From: Phoronis australis
Taxonomy: Eukaryota > Animalia > Phoronida
Length of the DNA: 64,000 nucleotides
Direction of reading: 5' to 3'
Assembly: GCA_002633005.1 (NCBI GenBank)
Contig: NMRA01000094.1
Span: 148,208-212,207, forward strand
In this document: positions 1 to 13,000 of the stretch, one piece after another
Layout: the number at the start of each line of letters is the position of its first letter
Numbering within the stretch: position 1 is the first letter of the stretch
Notes under the pieces: generated by a model
What the model was told of the DNA's origin: nothing
The model's database searches: none
The model's input: only the letters and a program-made list of their open reading frames with translations
Position numbers and translations under genes: made by a program

Positions 1-470
1 TGGTCTTTCAAGATACTACAAGAACAAAATTTTAGATATACTCATTATGCGATGACTCAAGCTGCTTCTCCTGCAAAGCAACTATGTCCACTGTGAATAA
101 TCATATACTGCACTATTACACAGAAGTACTTTTCTCACATGAACTGGAATGTGTTAGGACACGACTGGTTCAAAACGCCGAGTACGTAATTTTTTGATAT
201 TACATGGGCGAATCACAAAGTAGCGCAGAATAGAAATTCATACGCGTTAATCTTATCGTCTGCAAAGCACTAATACCAACAACCAAACAATGCCTTAATT
301 CTGTGAATGAGGCAAGGATATGGTTGACCAATCGGGTGCCGCATCTGTAATTCACTGTACACGGTAAAATAGATGGTGTAGGTTTTCCATTTAACATTAA
401 TCTCTACCTCTCCTCCTCCCTCCCTCCCTCACTCCCTCCTCCCTTTCTCTCTCACTCCCTCCCTCCTGCC

Positions 471-538
471 TTGTAACACCCTTGTACTATCATTGTAACA
501 CCCTTGTACTATCATTGTAACACCCTTGTACTATCATT
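471..538. repeat. 22-bp tandem repeat x3 (TTGTAACACCCTTGTACTATCA), preceded by a CT-rich tract
   Basis: Directly visible. Confidence 0.9.
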
Positions 539-948
539 AATTCATGTTGATGTGGGTGCAACTCATCATTTCACATGAAACCAGTTGATCGGCAAAGCAG
601 TGTTTAAAAACTGCTCACATTATCGATGAACACATCAATAAAAAGAACTTTTGACGTCTCGTTAACGTAACAACTCTACAGGTTGATTTCACAAGTTCAT
701 TGTGATTTATTGTCATTGTCGTCTTGTCACGGCGGTCTGTGAAGACGGTTTAAATTTCGCAACTTGAGTCAACACTTGAGCACGAACCCATTATAAATGT
801 CAATCCACAGACAGCGTTAAACAAACAGTCAACGCAGAATCTCTGAGCAAACAGTTGGTGCTAAAACCTTTTTTCTGGCTATTATAATTTGACGTATATA
901 GGCTGATCCAACCCAATACACACACACCAACGGGTGTTCAGTCACGCC

Positions 949-1007
949 ATGTTGGTTTCTATCGCGCTTCTGTTTTATTCCAATTTCAACTTCAGTGCAG
1001 GTTTTGA
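949..1007 (+). CDS. Giant gene putative exon 1 (signal peptide MLVSIALLFYSNFNFSAGF)
   Basis: GCCATG start, hydrophobic N-terminus, phase-2 donor GA|gtatgt that matches exon 2; TATA-like and TCAGT Inr-like motifs just upstream. Confidence 0.55.
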
Positions 1008-4000
1008 GTATGTGCGCAATAATTTAAAATCTCGGTCTGTTTGTTTGAAGCTAGTAATAAACATATTTTCTATTAAAAATTTGCATTAATTAAAAATAAA
1101 AGATAAAAGTCGCATGTAACCAGCGAGAACTCATTAAACCGTTGTATACGCCAGTAAGAATGTTTATTCGATAAGTTCAGTTCAGAGTCTTCCGCATATT
1201 ATATGGGATTAACGACATTTTACTCGCGAGAAGAGTTTTAATAGAGAAGTTTCACAAAGCGACGTGAAGGTGAATTATCACCCTTAGGCTAATTCCGCGT
1301 CATACATGCCATTGTAGGTTGTGACGTAATCTGTGTATTTTACGAGAGTACAGGGAGGTTCACGTCGCTTTAAACGCGAAACCTGTTGCCCCTTTTTAGT
1401 TGTTATTTGGCAAGACATCAAAACGATTTTTATTTTGACGGGGTTCTCAATCGTTTTTCTTTGCTTCTGTATAAAATGAACATGATTCTTTTGTCTATAG
1501 ATGTTCTTAAAGTCTACCTGAAGGAAGGCCTTTTTCCAAAATCCTTATTCTGCCGGGGTTCGCAGGATATCATCGAACTAGGATGGATTTTTAACAGATA
1601 TAATTTTGTGTTGTTAAATTTGACATGTTTAATTTTCATGCATCTATTTACTATAAACTGCACATCAATTTCGCATTCTAAGAGTTGATCATTTTTCGCA
1701 GGAGTTCAAAGAAACGACTTTTTTCACATTCAACATAAATTTCTATCTTGCATATCTGTAGCGGATATGTACTACAATAACTGGACATCCTGAGCTCAGT
1801 TATTCAGTTCACGTTTACTTTCCCGTGCACGTAAAAATTTAGCTGTTGCGAAACCAATTTTTGTTATTTTAACGTGAATCGCCACGCGCAATTAAGTATG
1901 CGTGAGAAGTAACGTTGACGTCACTTTGCGAAGCCCCTCTATTGGGAACTATTATCTTAAGGCTATATCAAACCTTACTTAGTGGCCTCCATTCTAACTC
2001 GTACATCAAAAGCTAGGCTTTGTCAAGTAGTAAAAGTATATATTTTCCGAAAGAAAAAAGTCAGGGAATATAAAAATATGTTATATATTTTAAGTCAAAA
2101 TTCCATGTTTAAGAAAGGTATATTCATAACAAAATAACCCCTTGGTCGATTTTAATGAAACCTTTTTTAAATGAAAACTTCACCAGTTAACTCAAAAACG
2201 CTGGTCGGAATTTTCGATTAGCCTTTTCATTTGATTTCTATGACGAATCAACTCGCAAAACGTAAGGTATTTTTGTAAAAAATAGAAGTCCTTTTCATCT
2301 TTGTTTCATAACGCAAAAACTTGGCCTTGATATCAAACATCCTAATAGAGTTTTTGATGTTGGTGAATAAATATTAAGTTTGGAAAGTTTCAGCAATATC
2401 CACCGAGCCGTTTTCGAGAACTCGGAACTCGTGTTCCTAATCATATTTCAAATTAAGTCGATTTACCGAAGCCGAGAAAAGCCGATTATGTGCAGTGCCA
2501 CGTAGTGACCATTTTACTGTTTTCTAATCTTTTCATTGCCTCGCACCCATCTTTAGGCCAAACCACTGTAATTGGCATTTATTCTCATTGGGAAGAGGAC
2601 CACTGACGATGAGATCGGGCGGTTCCAACTACTGTGGCTCTTCCTAGCGACAGTTTTTGCGTCCATTGCTATATCTCCTAAACCCTCCGCATGATCTTTG
2701 TTAAATTGGGCAAGTGTATTTTATATGAAGAAGACAAAAGGTCATCACGACTTTTGGACGGATCCAGCTTCTGCTGTGCGCCCCTAGTGGCAATGTTTTT
2801 CGCTTTCCTCTGTATCTTTGGAGTTCCTGGACGGATTTTAATGAAATTTGCCAAATAGATTTCTAATAAACTGGCGATGACATTCTGTTTTGAGATGGAT
2901 TTGACGTAGTACACCCCATCTAGTAGCCGTATTTATTATTCTTGAGTCTGTTTCTGGCATCCTACTCTCTGTCAGACAAACCTCTCTAAAGATGATTATG
3001 AAAATTGCCATATGTGTTCTTACTGAGAAGAGGACGGCTGACGATGACTGTGACAGCGCCGACTACTGTGGCGCCTTCTAATGGCAGTTTTGTTTTCTGT
3101 GCGTCTGTGACTGCATCTCTAAAACCCTCTGCACGATCTTTGTTATCCGCGGAATAATGTCTGGTCGGATGTTACTTCGTCTACGCCATACTCAGTACGT
3201 TTTGTGTATGAATTAAAGGCAAATCACGTGATCAAAATAGCTCCTCAACAAGATTATTGCGTTTACGAAACGTTATCCAATTCCTTTTCATCGAACACGT
3301 TCCAAAATCTGAGTAAATCACTTCCTCTAAATCTCATCAGGATTGGGAAGTGTACACTTAATCATTTCTTTTTGATCGTGCAAGAATTGGGAAGTGCACG
3401 CTTCACGTTTCAGTTCGAGTAGAAAAGTTCCTCCCGGTTGTATAAGAGTTATTCGTAACACAGGAGTGACTTTGTAATTTGTACCGTTGTCATTTTACAG
3501 AAGTGACGTTACGTCCAAAAATAGACCTCAGGGAATTCCTTTGGAAAAAGTGGGGAGGCTCATTCAGATGCCTGTATTTCCGTCAGAAACACCCTTATTT
3601 ACATTTAATAGACATATTGTCAGAACCACAGCTTATTTAAATATATTATACACTGTACATACTTTACGTTTTCCTCTTCATTTTACTTGTCATGGGGCAT
3701 AACTCTGTACATCTAGATGTCAAAATCCCAAAAAATTGAGTAGTCTATAAACTTACGAAACGTAAACAATCAGTGTTTTGATGCCGTGTTCATAAAACAA
3801 GAACTCAAATATCACGTGACCGCACAATCCCACGTCGAAGTAGTTATCTTGGTCAAAGGTATACGAGTCTGCGCATCTCGTGATGTGGCAACGCATTATT
3901 ATCAGGAACAACGGAAATGTCGAGTTTGCCGGATCGACCGTAAATAAAAACAGCGAAGATTTCCTTGTTGGAGAACTATTTCGTGACAGATTATTTTGCA

Positions 4001-7000
4001 CATTTTAGTTTTGAAATCTTAAAATGAAACCGGCCTTCGGGTTCTGATAAGAAATTAGAAAGTGTCCTAAAATATTTGTTGTAAGAAATGAAAGTCATTG
4101 CATCTTGGGTACAGAGAGAAGTTTGACGACGCTTCTGCTGATCAGAGAACGACTTCATTTCAATTCTTCTTTTGAAGATCAAAAACTAGGAAAATACCCA
4201 AATTTTGACCCGATTTTACACTTGTACCAGACTTTGGGGGCTATCTTGTTGGAGATCTTTCGAAAATCCTCGGTAGATTTGACTGATGAACAGTGATCAA
4301 ATCTAGTATCAACATCAGCAGGGAGAGCAGCAGTGTAAAGTTGAAATATGACCTTGTCATTGTTCGCCATGCTTCAAAATGCAACGTGACATGCCTGTCA
4401 ATAACTATTTACAGCTTATGCACCAAACAATGTCACAGCTTATTCAAAAACAAAGGCGCAGCAGTGTTACCAATTTTCGACGTTTTATTGCTCATGTGTA
4501 ATTTGTTTGTTCTTTACTGTAATCTGCGTTACGAAAATACTACTTTCACGGAAACGAATTACACAACGCTTGTTAGATTTATTTTTGTTTGTTGCACTGA
4601 CACACTGGTATCCATGAGTGTAAGGAAATCACTTACCCTGGATCATCACTGTCAATGACCACGACTTTCAAGTTCACAAATATACGATCTTTCAGGCTCA
4701 GTGGAGTGCCAAACAGTGTGTGTACAAGATACGAGTCAGAGTGGTACAGCCAATCATATACACATACGTGGTATGAGACTTGTGTGGACTGGGATTTCAG
4801 ATGTACCAGGCGAGAGTGAGTATCACAATTCTACGTCAACCTGATCTGTTTGGTTGTGGTTAACACCTATAGCAGCCAAACCCATAATACTCATCTACCG
4901 ACAGACGGGACTTCATAAATATTGTTTGTTTGTAAAATGAATTAGTTTTTGCCTTACATTTTCACGTTTGCGATTACGGTCAAACTCCTTTATATTTGAA
5001 TCTCAGTATTTGCACTGTAAAAGCCTATGTAAAGGTATTTATAGTGCATATAATCTTCCAGGACGAGATACAGGAACGCGTACAGAACAAAGACAATACA
5101 CTTCTGCTGCTCTGGATATACTGATAACGGAAGTGGATATTGCGTGCGTAAGTACAATTCTTACTACACTATAGTTTTCCTTCTGTGTATCCGATACTTG
5201 TAATAGAATGTACTCATAAATGCGTAGTTACACATTCATTTACATTTTGCAGCGGTATGCTACGGATCAACGAGTTGTCCAAATGGAGGCACGTGTTCCC
5301 TTCCTGATCGCTGCACCAGCTGTAACATAGAATACTACTCACCCAAGTGCGACCGTAAGTATTGTCACAACATTGGTAGAAATCAATGTCTTGTCTGTCA
5401 TTCCCAACCTACATGTATGATCATGATCATGAGAAGTCCAATGGCGCAGAGGTTTTAAATTACATGTGCTTTGAGAACGAAGCCCTCCGCAAGACAGATG
5501 TACAATATCCAGTTTTCCATAAATCATGTTGAGAAATTAAAGAGGGGGCTCAGCCTCATTTTAAATTCTTGACCTTAGCACGCACACTTTTATTCTTATA
5601 GTGGCATCCCTTCTATTCATCAGAAGATGGTTAATTTTCAATATTAAATGTCTTGTTTTGAAGTTAACAATCCAAAACATTCAATTTTAAGCATAACAAT
5701 GAGTGAAGTGTCTTTGCTATGCGCGATCTTCATCCCAAAAGTTAATGCGAAAGCTTTTTGCCTGGGCATTGATTCTCTATGTACTGGTTAAAAGTAAAAA
5801 TTCAGCCTCTAACTCATAACATCTCACGTGAAACTCGATTTTAGCATACAAATGAATATGTTCTTTGGATCATACCCAGTTGACCTGGTGTTCTTGGCCC
5901 CGGGTCATTCAATGATGGACGATTGTTTGTACGCTAATTATTTCTCTGAGGTAAACAAAAATCAAGCTTTACTGCTTGGAGGTTTGTAATACTCAGTGTA
6001 CACTAAATGAAGTAAGATCTTAGTGAAGTGCATGAAATATCATTTCATAAAATGTCGTTGCTGCACAGCTGTTTTATAGTTGTTCAAACTGAGCCACTTT
6101 CCTCCGATCAATTTGGCAAGGAACATCGCTTATAACTCTACATCGTCGCTAGCATAGACCGTCGTATTTCAATCGTCAGTCAGTTGACTGTCGTATACTT
6201 ATCCACGATTTTTAAAGTAATAGTCAAAGTAATAGATTTCATGTCATTGACACAATACACCATAAGGTGATCCGCAATTCAAACTTGCATGTAATTGTTG
6301 GTGCACTTTTAGGCCTGAATATCACACTTTGTTGCATTGCTCCATAGCTTGCCCTGTTGCGGAAATTGACAACTGCGCTCACATGAGTTGTGATGAAGGA
6401 CCTTCCAATAAAAGGTGCTTCGAATGCGACTTGCAGTACCAGTCGGTGACGAACGAGTGTGCCTATACGCCCAACGGTGCACAGAGCTTCTGTGATCGTG
6501 AGTACATCATGCACTTTCATGAGCATCTACAAATTTGCTAAACGTGTTTTTGTAAAATGCTTTGAAATAAAAATTTGTTCTCTTTCATGTTGCTGCTTTA
6601 CCGTGAAATCGAAAAACCTGTTTCTTAAAACTTGTCACACTGGACTTAAAACGTGTTCATTAAAGTCCGTCACAATGGACTTAAAAACAATGTCTTGCCT
6701 TAAAGACACCAGTGTCGACATTCACTTGGGATTGAAACGATCAACTTTTGGAATAGCAGTACGAATGATTGTCAGAAAGGTTTTACTTTTAAATTATCTG
6801 GGTGCTCTTCTTGGCAACGAATGGTGACAAAACACTTTAAGACCGAATGCGTGAGAGCGACTAGCTTAGTTTTGAGTTTGTTTTGGGGACAGCTAAACAG
6901 ACATAATGCAGATTTATGAATGATCACTTTCATAGTGGCAATCGTGCGGGAATGGAAGATAGTGTTAGAAGATGTAAATAGCTGGATCTCTTTGACTAAA

Positions 7001-10000
7001 ACTCATCCTGATGGCCCTGGTGTAAACCACACTTTTCACATTTTACGCAAAGTACGTCGTATTCTTTAACGTTTGGACAAGAATTTTTTTAAATGATACT
7101 TCTCATGACAGTAGTTTGTTTCAGCACGCTGTTCGTGGCTTCAGTACCAATGTTTCCCAGGATCCTGTTCCAACGGATATCCCAGCTCGTGTTCCTGCGC
7201 ATCCGGATTCTCGTCCTCGGGAACTGCTATGTGTGACTGTAAGTCCGGCTTTCTTCAGTTAATTTAAAGATTATGAGCATGTGAAATTGCAGTACTGAAC
7301 TCAGCTGCACTGAGCCGCAATGCTGAAGTCATTCACTATGCACTAGGCACTGAATTCAATTGCAAGTCGAGCGGTCGACGTGTGTAATTGAGACTTTGAA
7401 CGAGAACAGTGCATATTTTGACTTGGTTGAGCTGGAGATGAAATAGATTTGTAACATCCGTGTTCAAGATCAATCTTGTTTCTGTATAATAAATGGAGCA
7501 CTCGAGTTGGAAAAAACTCATCTTTTGCCAGTCACAGCAGGCTGCTTTCCAAAGCACACTGCCATCGAGATGTTAAAGAAGCCAGTTGAAACGCAACATT
7601 TATTTCAACGCGAATTTCACGTCTTGTAAGATAAAATGTCGCAAAACATTTTATGTTAATCAGCCATTGTCTATATATTTCATTATTTGTGTATTTATTT
7701 CAGTAACGAAGAAACCAGACCTAGCTTTATGCAAGTTTACGGTTTTGAGCTCAAGCGGAGAGAGACGTCAAAGCCAACCTACGGTAGAGGGCGACACAAG
7801 CTGTTACACAGAGGGAGACGAGTGGATTAAGTTTGTCCCAAAGGATTTTAAGCTGGACTTGGAGGCGAATTTTCAACACCCAACGTATACAAAGTTGGCT
7901 TATGTGAGAGACTTCAAGTATGGAATAACGAAGAGTTCTGTGTGGCTTTACAAGAAACCTGCAGGTACGTTGTCATGACAGCCTATAATTAGCCGTTTTC
8001 ACATGGCCACTGAATTTCCATTAGACTATGAAGGTCCCTAGGAATACGACATATCGCAGAATTTTGATTATGTAATTGTTGTCTCTGCTTTGCTATGATC
8101 GTACCTTTCTTTTTCTGAATTTTATTAAAAGACATGATCACCTGACCCCATTAGTGGTAGATTTGTGATAAGGCAAAAGAAAAATTAATTCTCCAGGCTT
8201 TCTTCTTTCGGAGAATGTATACTTTGTTGAATTAATTTTGATAGTTTTATAGATATTTGACTGAGTGCAAAGACTTGTAAATAAAGTCCAATCCTACATA
8301 AAACAATGTCCCGTGCGCTTGGGTGATCTCTCTCTCTCTCGGTTTCCCATAATAAGCACCTTCCAAGGGTGGAGGCATAGTCCTCAGCGCCGTTTCTTTT
8401 CCTAATTTCCACTTTTATTAATAAATACCCAATAAGTAAAGTATATAAACGGACTTCACCGGTATTTTCTGAAAATAGGCCCGTGGGCAGATATTAGGAA
8501 AATGACCATTAAACACTTCAAATGAAACCGAATATACGCCAGGGCGTATTTTGGGATAGGGCGGACGTATTTCCGGAAACTGTGTAATTAAAATTTTCAT
8601 CCATCCTGTGTAACCAAAAATCACCCTATATCTCGTAAAATGATTTGAGTGAACGCCATCCCAAAATAAATATATCTCGTCAAAATAAACAAAAGTTTAA
8701 ATCAAAACATGTTACGTATTTCAGAACAATCCATCAGATTTTCAAAAGATCTTTGCAAACAGTTACCGAAAATACGCCCATGTGCGTAATTTTGGAAAGT
8801 TTTCGGAAAATACGCCCATGGGCCTACATTTGGGCGGGTATATTTTTGGAAATACCTGATAGTGTATAAAGTAAATAGCCATGGTAACGGAGGATACGAA
8901 ATGAGTAACGACACGGAGAAATTTGGCTACTGCCTGGAGGTAAGATGCAGTATTTTTGACAGCAGGGTTAAAATAGGCAGAAAAATTAAAAGTGTAAATT
9001 GTTGGCAAGCAAGATGCTGCAATGAGAGAGGATGACGGGGGTTGACTGAAGTAAACGCAGTAGTGATCAAACTAGGAAGTGTGGCCAATGGTGCGTTATA
9101 GTTTGGCTCTGTGTACCATTCAAGTCCGCCAATAACGTTTCCCTTCAGAGCGACAAAGGCGGTGGAAGGCTTCGTTAGTGTTTCGTGTCAGACAAGATAA
9201 CCATGAGAGAATTCAGAGTCAGAGTCTTCTATCATAATCAAGTTAATTCAGAATTAGAGTCGTGTATTATGATCAATTTAATTCCAGGGAGTGCTGTAAA
9301 CATCATTACCTATACTATGCCGGGAGATGGAGTTTGTAATCCGGGGGGACCATATGGAGACGGCGATGGTCAACCAAAGGACCAAATACAGTGCGACATT
9401 GACAAATCCCTCTCTTACACTTCATTTGCCGATGGCGACAAGTAAGTTGAACTTTCTACAACACTACTGAGACCATCCAGACGGTTGGCCAACGTCGACA
9501 CTGCCTATTGTTACTGACTGGACGCGTAGATCTTAATAAGCTACACCTAAATGAAGAAATGACAAGTAGTTACAACACAGTATGCTTCCAAACTATAAGC
9601 TCCAATGATTCGAAAACTTTACAGCGGTAACTACAACATGCATCAAATATGCAATAGGCATCCACTGTTACTCTGTTTGAACATTGCTCGTCAAACCTTA
9701 CAAGCACCTACAAGAACTTCAATCTCTAACTCCCGCTTTAGGTTATGCGCTGAGTACAAAGTGGTTGCCGGCGGCTATACACATTACGGCGATCCAAACA
9801 CTAATGTGTTCCATCAAACTCAAAAGTATAATGACGTCCCTCGAACAAAAACTGTTTGTATGCGAATGGACTTCACCAACCCTACTCACTGCTCCCGTGT
9901 GACTGGCGCAAACAAATGCACTTCTCCAACGGAATACATGACTTTTGGTGACAGGATCCGCAAAACAGGAGCGATAACTCTGGATTTTTCGGGTTGGGAT

Positions 10001-13000
10001 GATTTAGGAACAAACCCGTCTGGAATAAAAGAGTATATAATAAACGTTTATGAAATTACCGAACGATCGCCGTCCACAGTCGGAATGGTATTTTCACCGG
10101 TCAAAGTGGGACCAATAACAGTGGATCATCCTACGACATCCAAACAGTTTACTCTCCCAAGTCAGCCTCAGTTTTACGCCATCGACCTTACTGTCGTCGA
10201 CAACGCGTTGAATGTTTTGCAAGCCAGATCGTACGTCCTTTATGACTCGAGCTCTAAACTACTGACAGACAGCTCAAAGGATTTCTATTACACGTCGGCG
10301 ACGGAAGTGACAGATTACCTGTGGCAGACAAATTTGGGATCAATAAAGGTAAGTATTTGATATTTATGAAAGCAGCTAGGTGTGGCTCAGTGCTCCTAAT
10401 CACAGAATGAGTACCGAAACGGGCCACTGCGTAGGTGCATTTTCACGATTTCTTCTACTAATATCTTTAAGTTGCCATGGTGCTAACCGAGTGCCGGCGA
10501 TTTTTAAGTCAATGTAAAGTTGCAAACATAGAATGTCCTCTTTGTGTATTCGTAATATCAACATCATTTGATTTTATTGCAAGTGTTCCGAGCGCGAAAG
10601 ACTTAATGACTCCCTTTTACAAAAGTTGATTTACACCTTTTTCTACGGCTGTATGCCTTCTCAATGACACCATAGGGCGACAGACACAACACAATATTTG
10701 ACGTCATCAGAGCTATCTTAGGGTTTATTGTTAATAGATTTAATTTTAATCCTAAGCATAGTGATCTGTGAATCAATTCAAACAATGTGACATTTCCTCC
10801 ACTTCGGAAGTTCAGGTGACTCCATGCATTGTATAAATCAAACTGGATTGATTAATTCACCACGGTAGACTTCTATACCCCCAGAATCTGTTCTTTTTGG
10901 CAAATTTGGAAGGGTAGGCCAAAAAGCATTGTCGCTTCTGATTGAAAATTGCGGCTCACTACTTACGAAAAAAGCGCTCGCTCACTTCAATTTTCAGCGA
11001 AGGTCTCGAACTATTCTCAAATGTCACACAAACACAAGCAAGCAAGGTTTCACCGCAGTGGCTTGTCAAGGCTGTCGCAATCACCACATAATTGCACACA
11101 CTTCTTCATTCAAGCGCCAATACGCTACTTTTGCTCAGCTCGTATCCTTTTTTGGAAAACTTAACAACTTGAAATACCGCACCATCGCATCAGCTTTCAG
11201 AGCCAAATTTCATATTTCGCGTAATCCTTAAAAAATGCCAAAGGTGATAAAGGGAAAGAATCTAAACACCATTTTCAACGGCGCAGCTTCAATCGATTAT
11301 GGTTGTCAGTGCAAGACTGTGTTATATTTTCAGTTGTCGTGGACGGACTATTTTTACAACGACTACCACAGAACACATGCTCCACTGAGACCCGTCGCGG
11401 CTGAAGCAAATTACTACACAGATTCGTACGACCAGGTGGCGGGCGACTTACCTCGTGAGGGGACTGATAATATTCACGGTAGGTTTTAAGCAGTCGATTG
11501 TAGAACACATTTTTAGTGTTCTATTGCTCTAGTCATATCGTGGACAAGAAAAATCAAAATGTCAAATGATGAAGCTCTGCTACTTTAATGGGAGAAACTT
11601 TAGTTCACTGCATGAACGAGTTGCACCGTTAGGTCGGAAAACTTTTAGCCTAAATAAATCTACAAAACTCCTTAGCGTTATTGCACTTTCCCGGTATGGC
11701 ACGGGAAATACTTAGCTGTTAATGAAACTTAAATTAACTAAAATTTGAAACAAGTGCATGCTTAAGAGAAGTACATGACTGGGGTGTAAGTACATTTTGT
11801 CGGTGTTCAAACACCGCCGTAATATGATTCTATACAACGACTAGCATGTAAGTAATAGGTCAAAGCTGCTGTGAACTAGTTTCTGCTATTCACTTCCTTC
11901 ACAGATGTATTTGTTCTACCAAAGCAGAGTGACGGCGTTGTTATCCTTTGTTTGAATTGAAATTTGTTTCCATAAATCTCCTGAACTTCTCGTGATTATT
12001 CATAATGCCTTAACAACTGAAACTAATGGCGCCAGTCTAGTTTGAAGTAGTAAAGGTTAGTCAGTTCTTCTCAAGCAACATACGGCGCCATTCTAGTTTG
12101 AAGTAGTAAAGGTTAGTCAGTTTTTCTCAAGCAACATACGGTGCCAGCCTAGTTTGAAGTAGTAAATGTTAGTCAGTTCTTCTCAAGCAACATACCGGGC
12201 GCCAGTCTAGTTTCAAGTAGTAAAGGTTAGTCAGTTCTTCTCAAGCAACATACGGCGCCAGTCTAGTTTGAAGTAGTAAAGGTTAGTCAGTTCTTCTCAA
12301 GCAACATACGGCGCCAGTCTAGTTTGAAGTAGTAAAGGTTAGTCAGTTCTTCTCAAGCAACATACGGCGCCAGTCTAGTTTGAAGTAGTAAAGATTAGTC
12401 AGTTCTTCTCAAGCAACATACGGCGCCAGTCTAGTTTGAAGTAGTAAAGGTTAGTCAGTTCTTCTCAAGCAACATACGGCGCCAAACTAGTTTGAAGCAG
12501 TAAAGGTTAGTCAGTTCTTCTCAAGCAACATACTGCGCCAGTCTAGTTCATTACGGCGTTTTCCCGTTGCTCCCAACTTGTTCGATTCTATAACCCATCA
12601 ACAAGTTGGGAAGTTTATCCCTGTAGCCAATATCTTACTGATTAACTCCATTCTGTCGGCATTCAGGGTTGGAGGGCCAGCTCTCTTTTGTTCAATAATT
12701 GCTCTAATCTTCAATAAGATCTATCTAGCCTGGCTGGGCTGTGCAGTTAAAAATATAAGTTAAGTTATAACATATTTGAACATAAACCAATAGAATTTCT
12801 GATCATGTATAGTTTTTAAATAACCAAAATCGCCCAACTGCAACCGAAGTTACGATAATCAATCATTCTTTCCAAATGTACCAATTCACTCTGGGTTTGA
12901 CGGTGTTCACACGTTGTCTGTAACAAGCCTGGTAGATAATTGGCGTGCCTGTTGTCATCAGTAACAGACAAAAGATTGTGTTTGGCAGTTAACAAAGAAG

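Noticed and set aside
12028-12548. CRISPR-like repeat array
   Set aside because: Units are contiguous with no unique spacers, there are no cas genes, and the context is a eukaryotic intron
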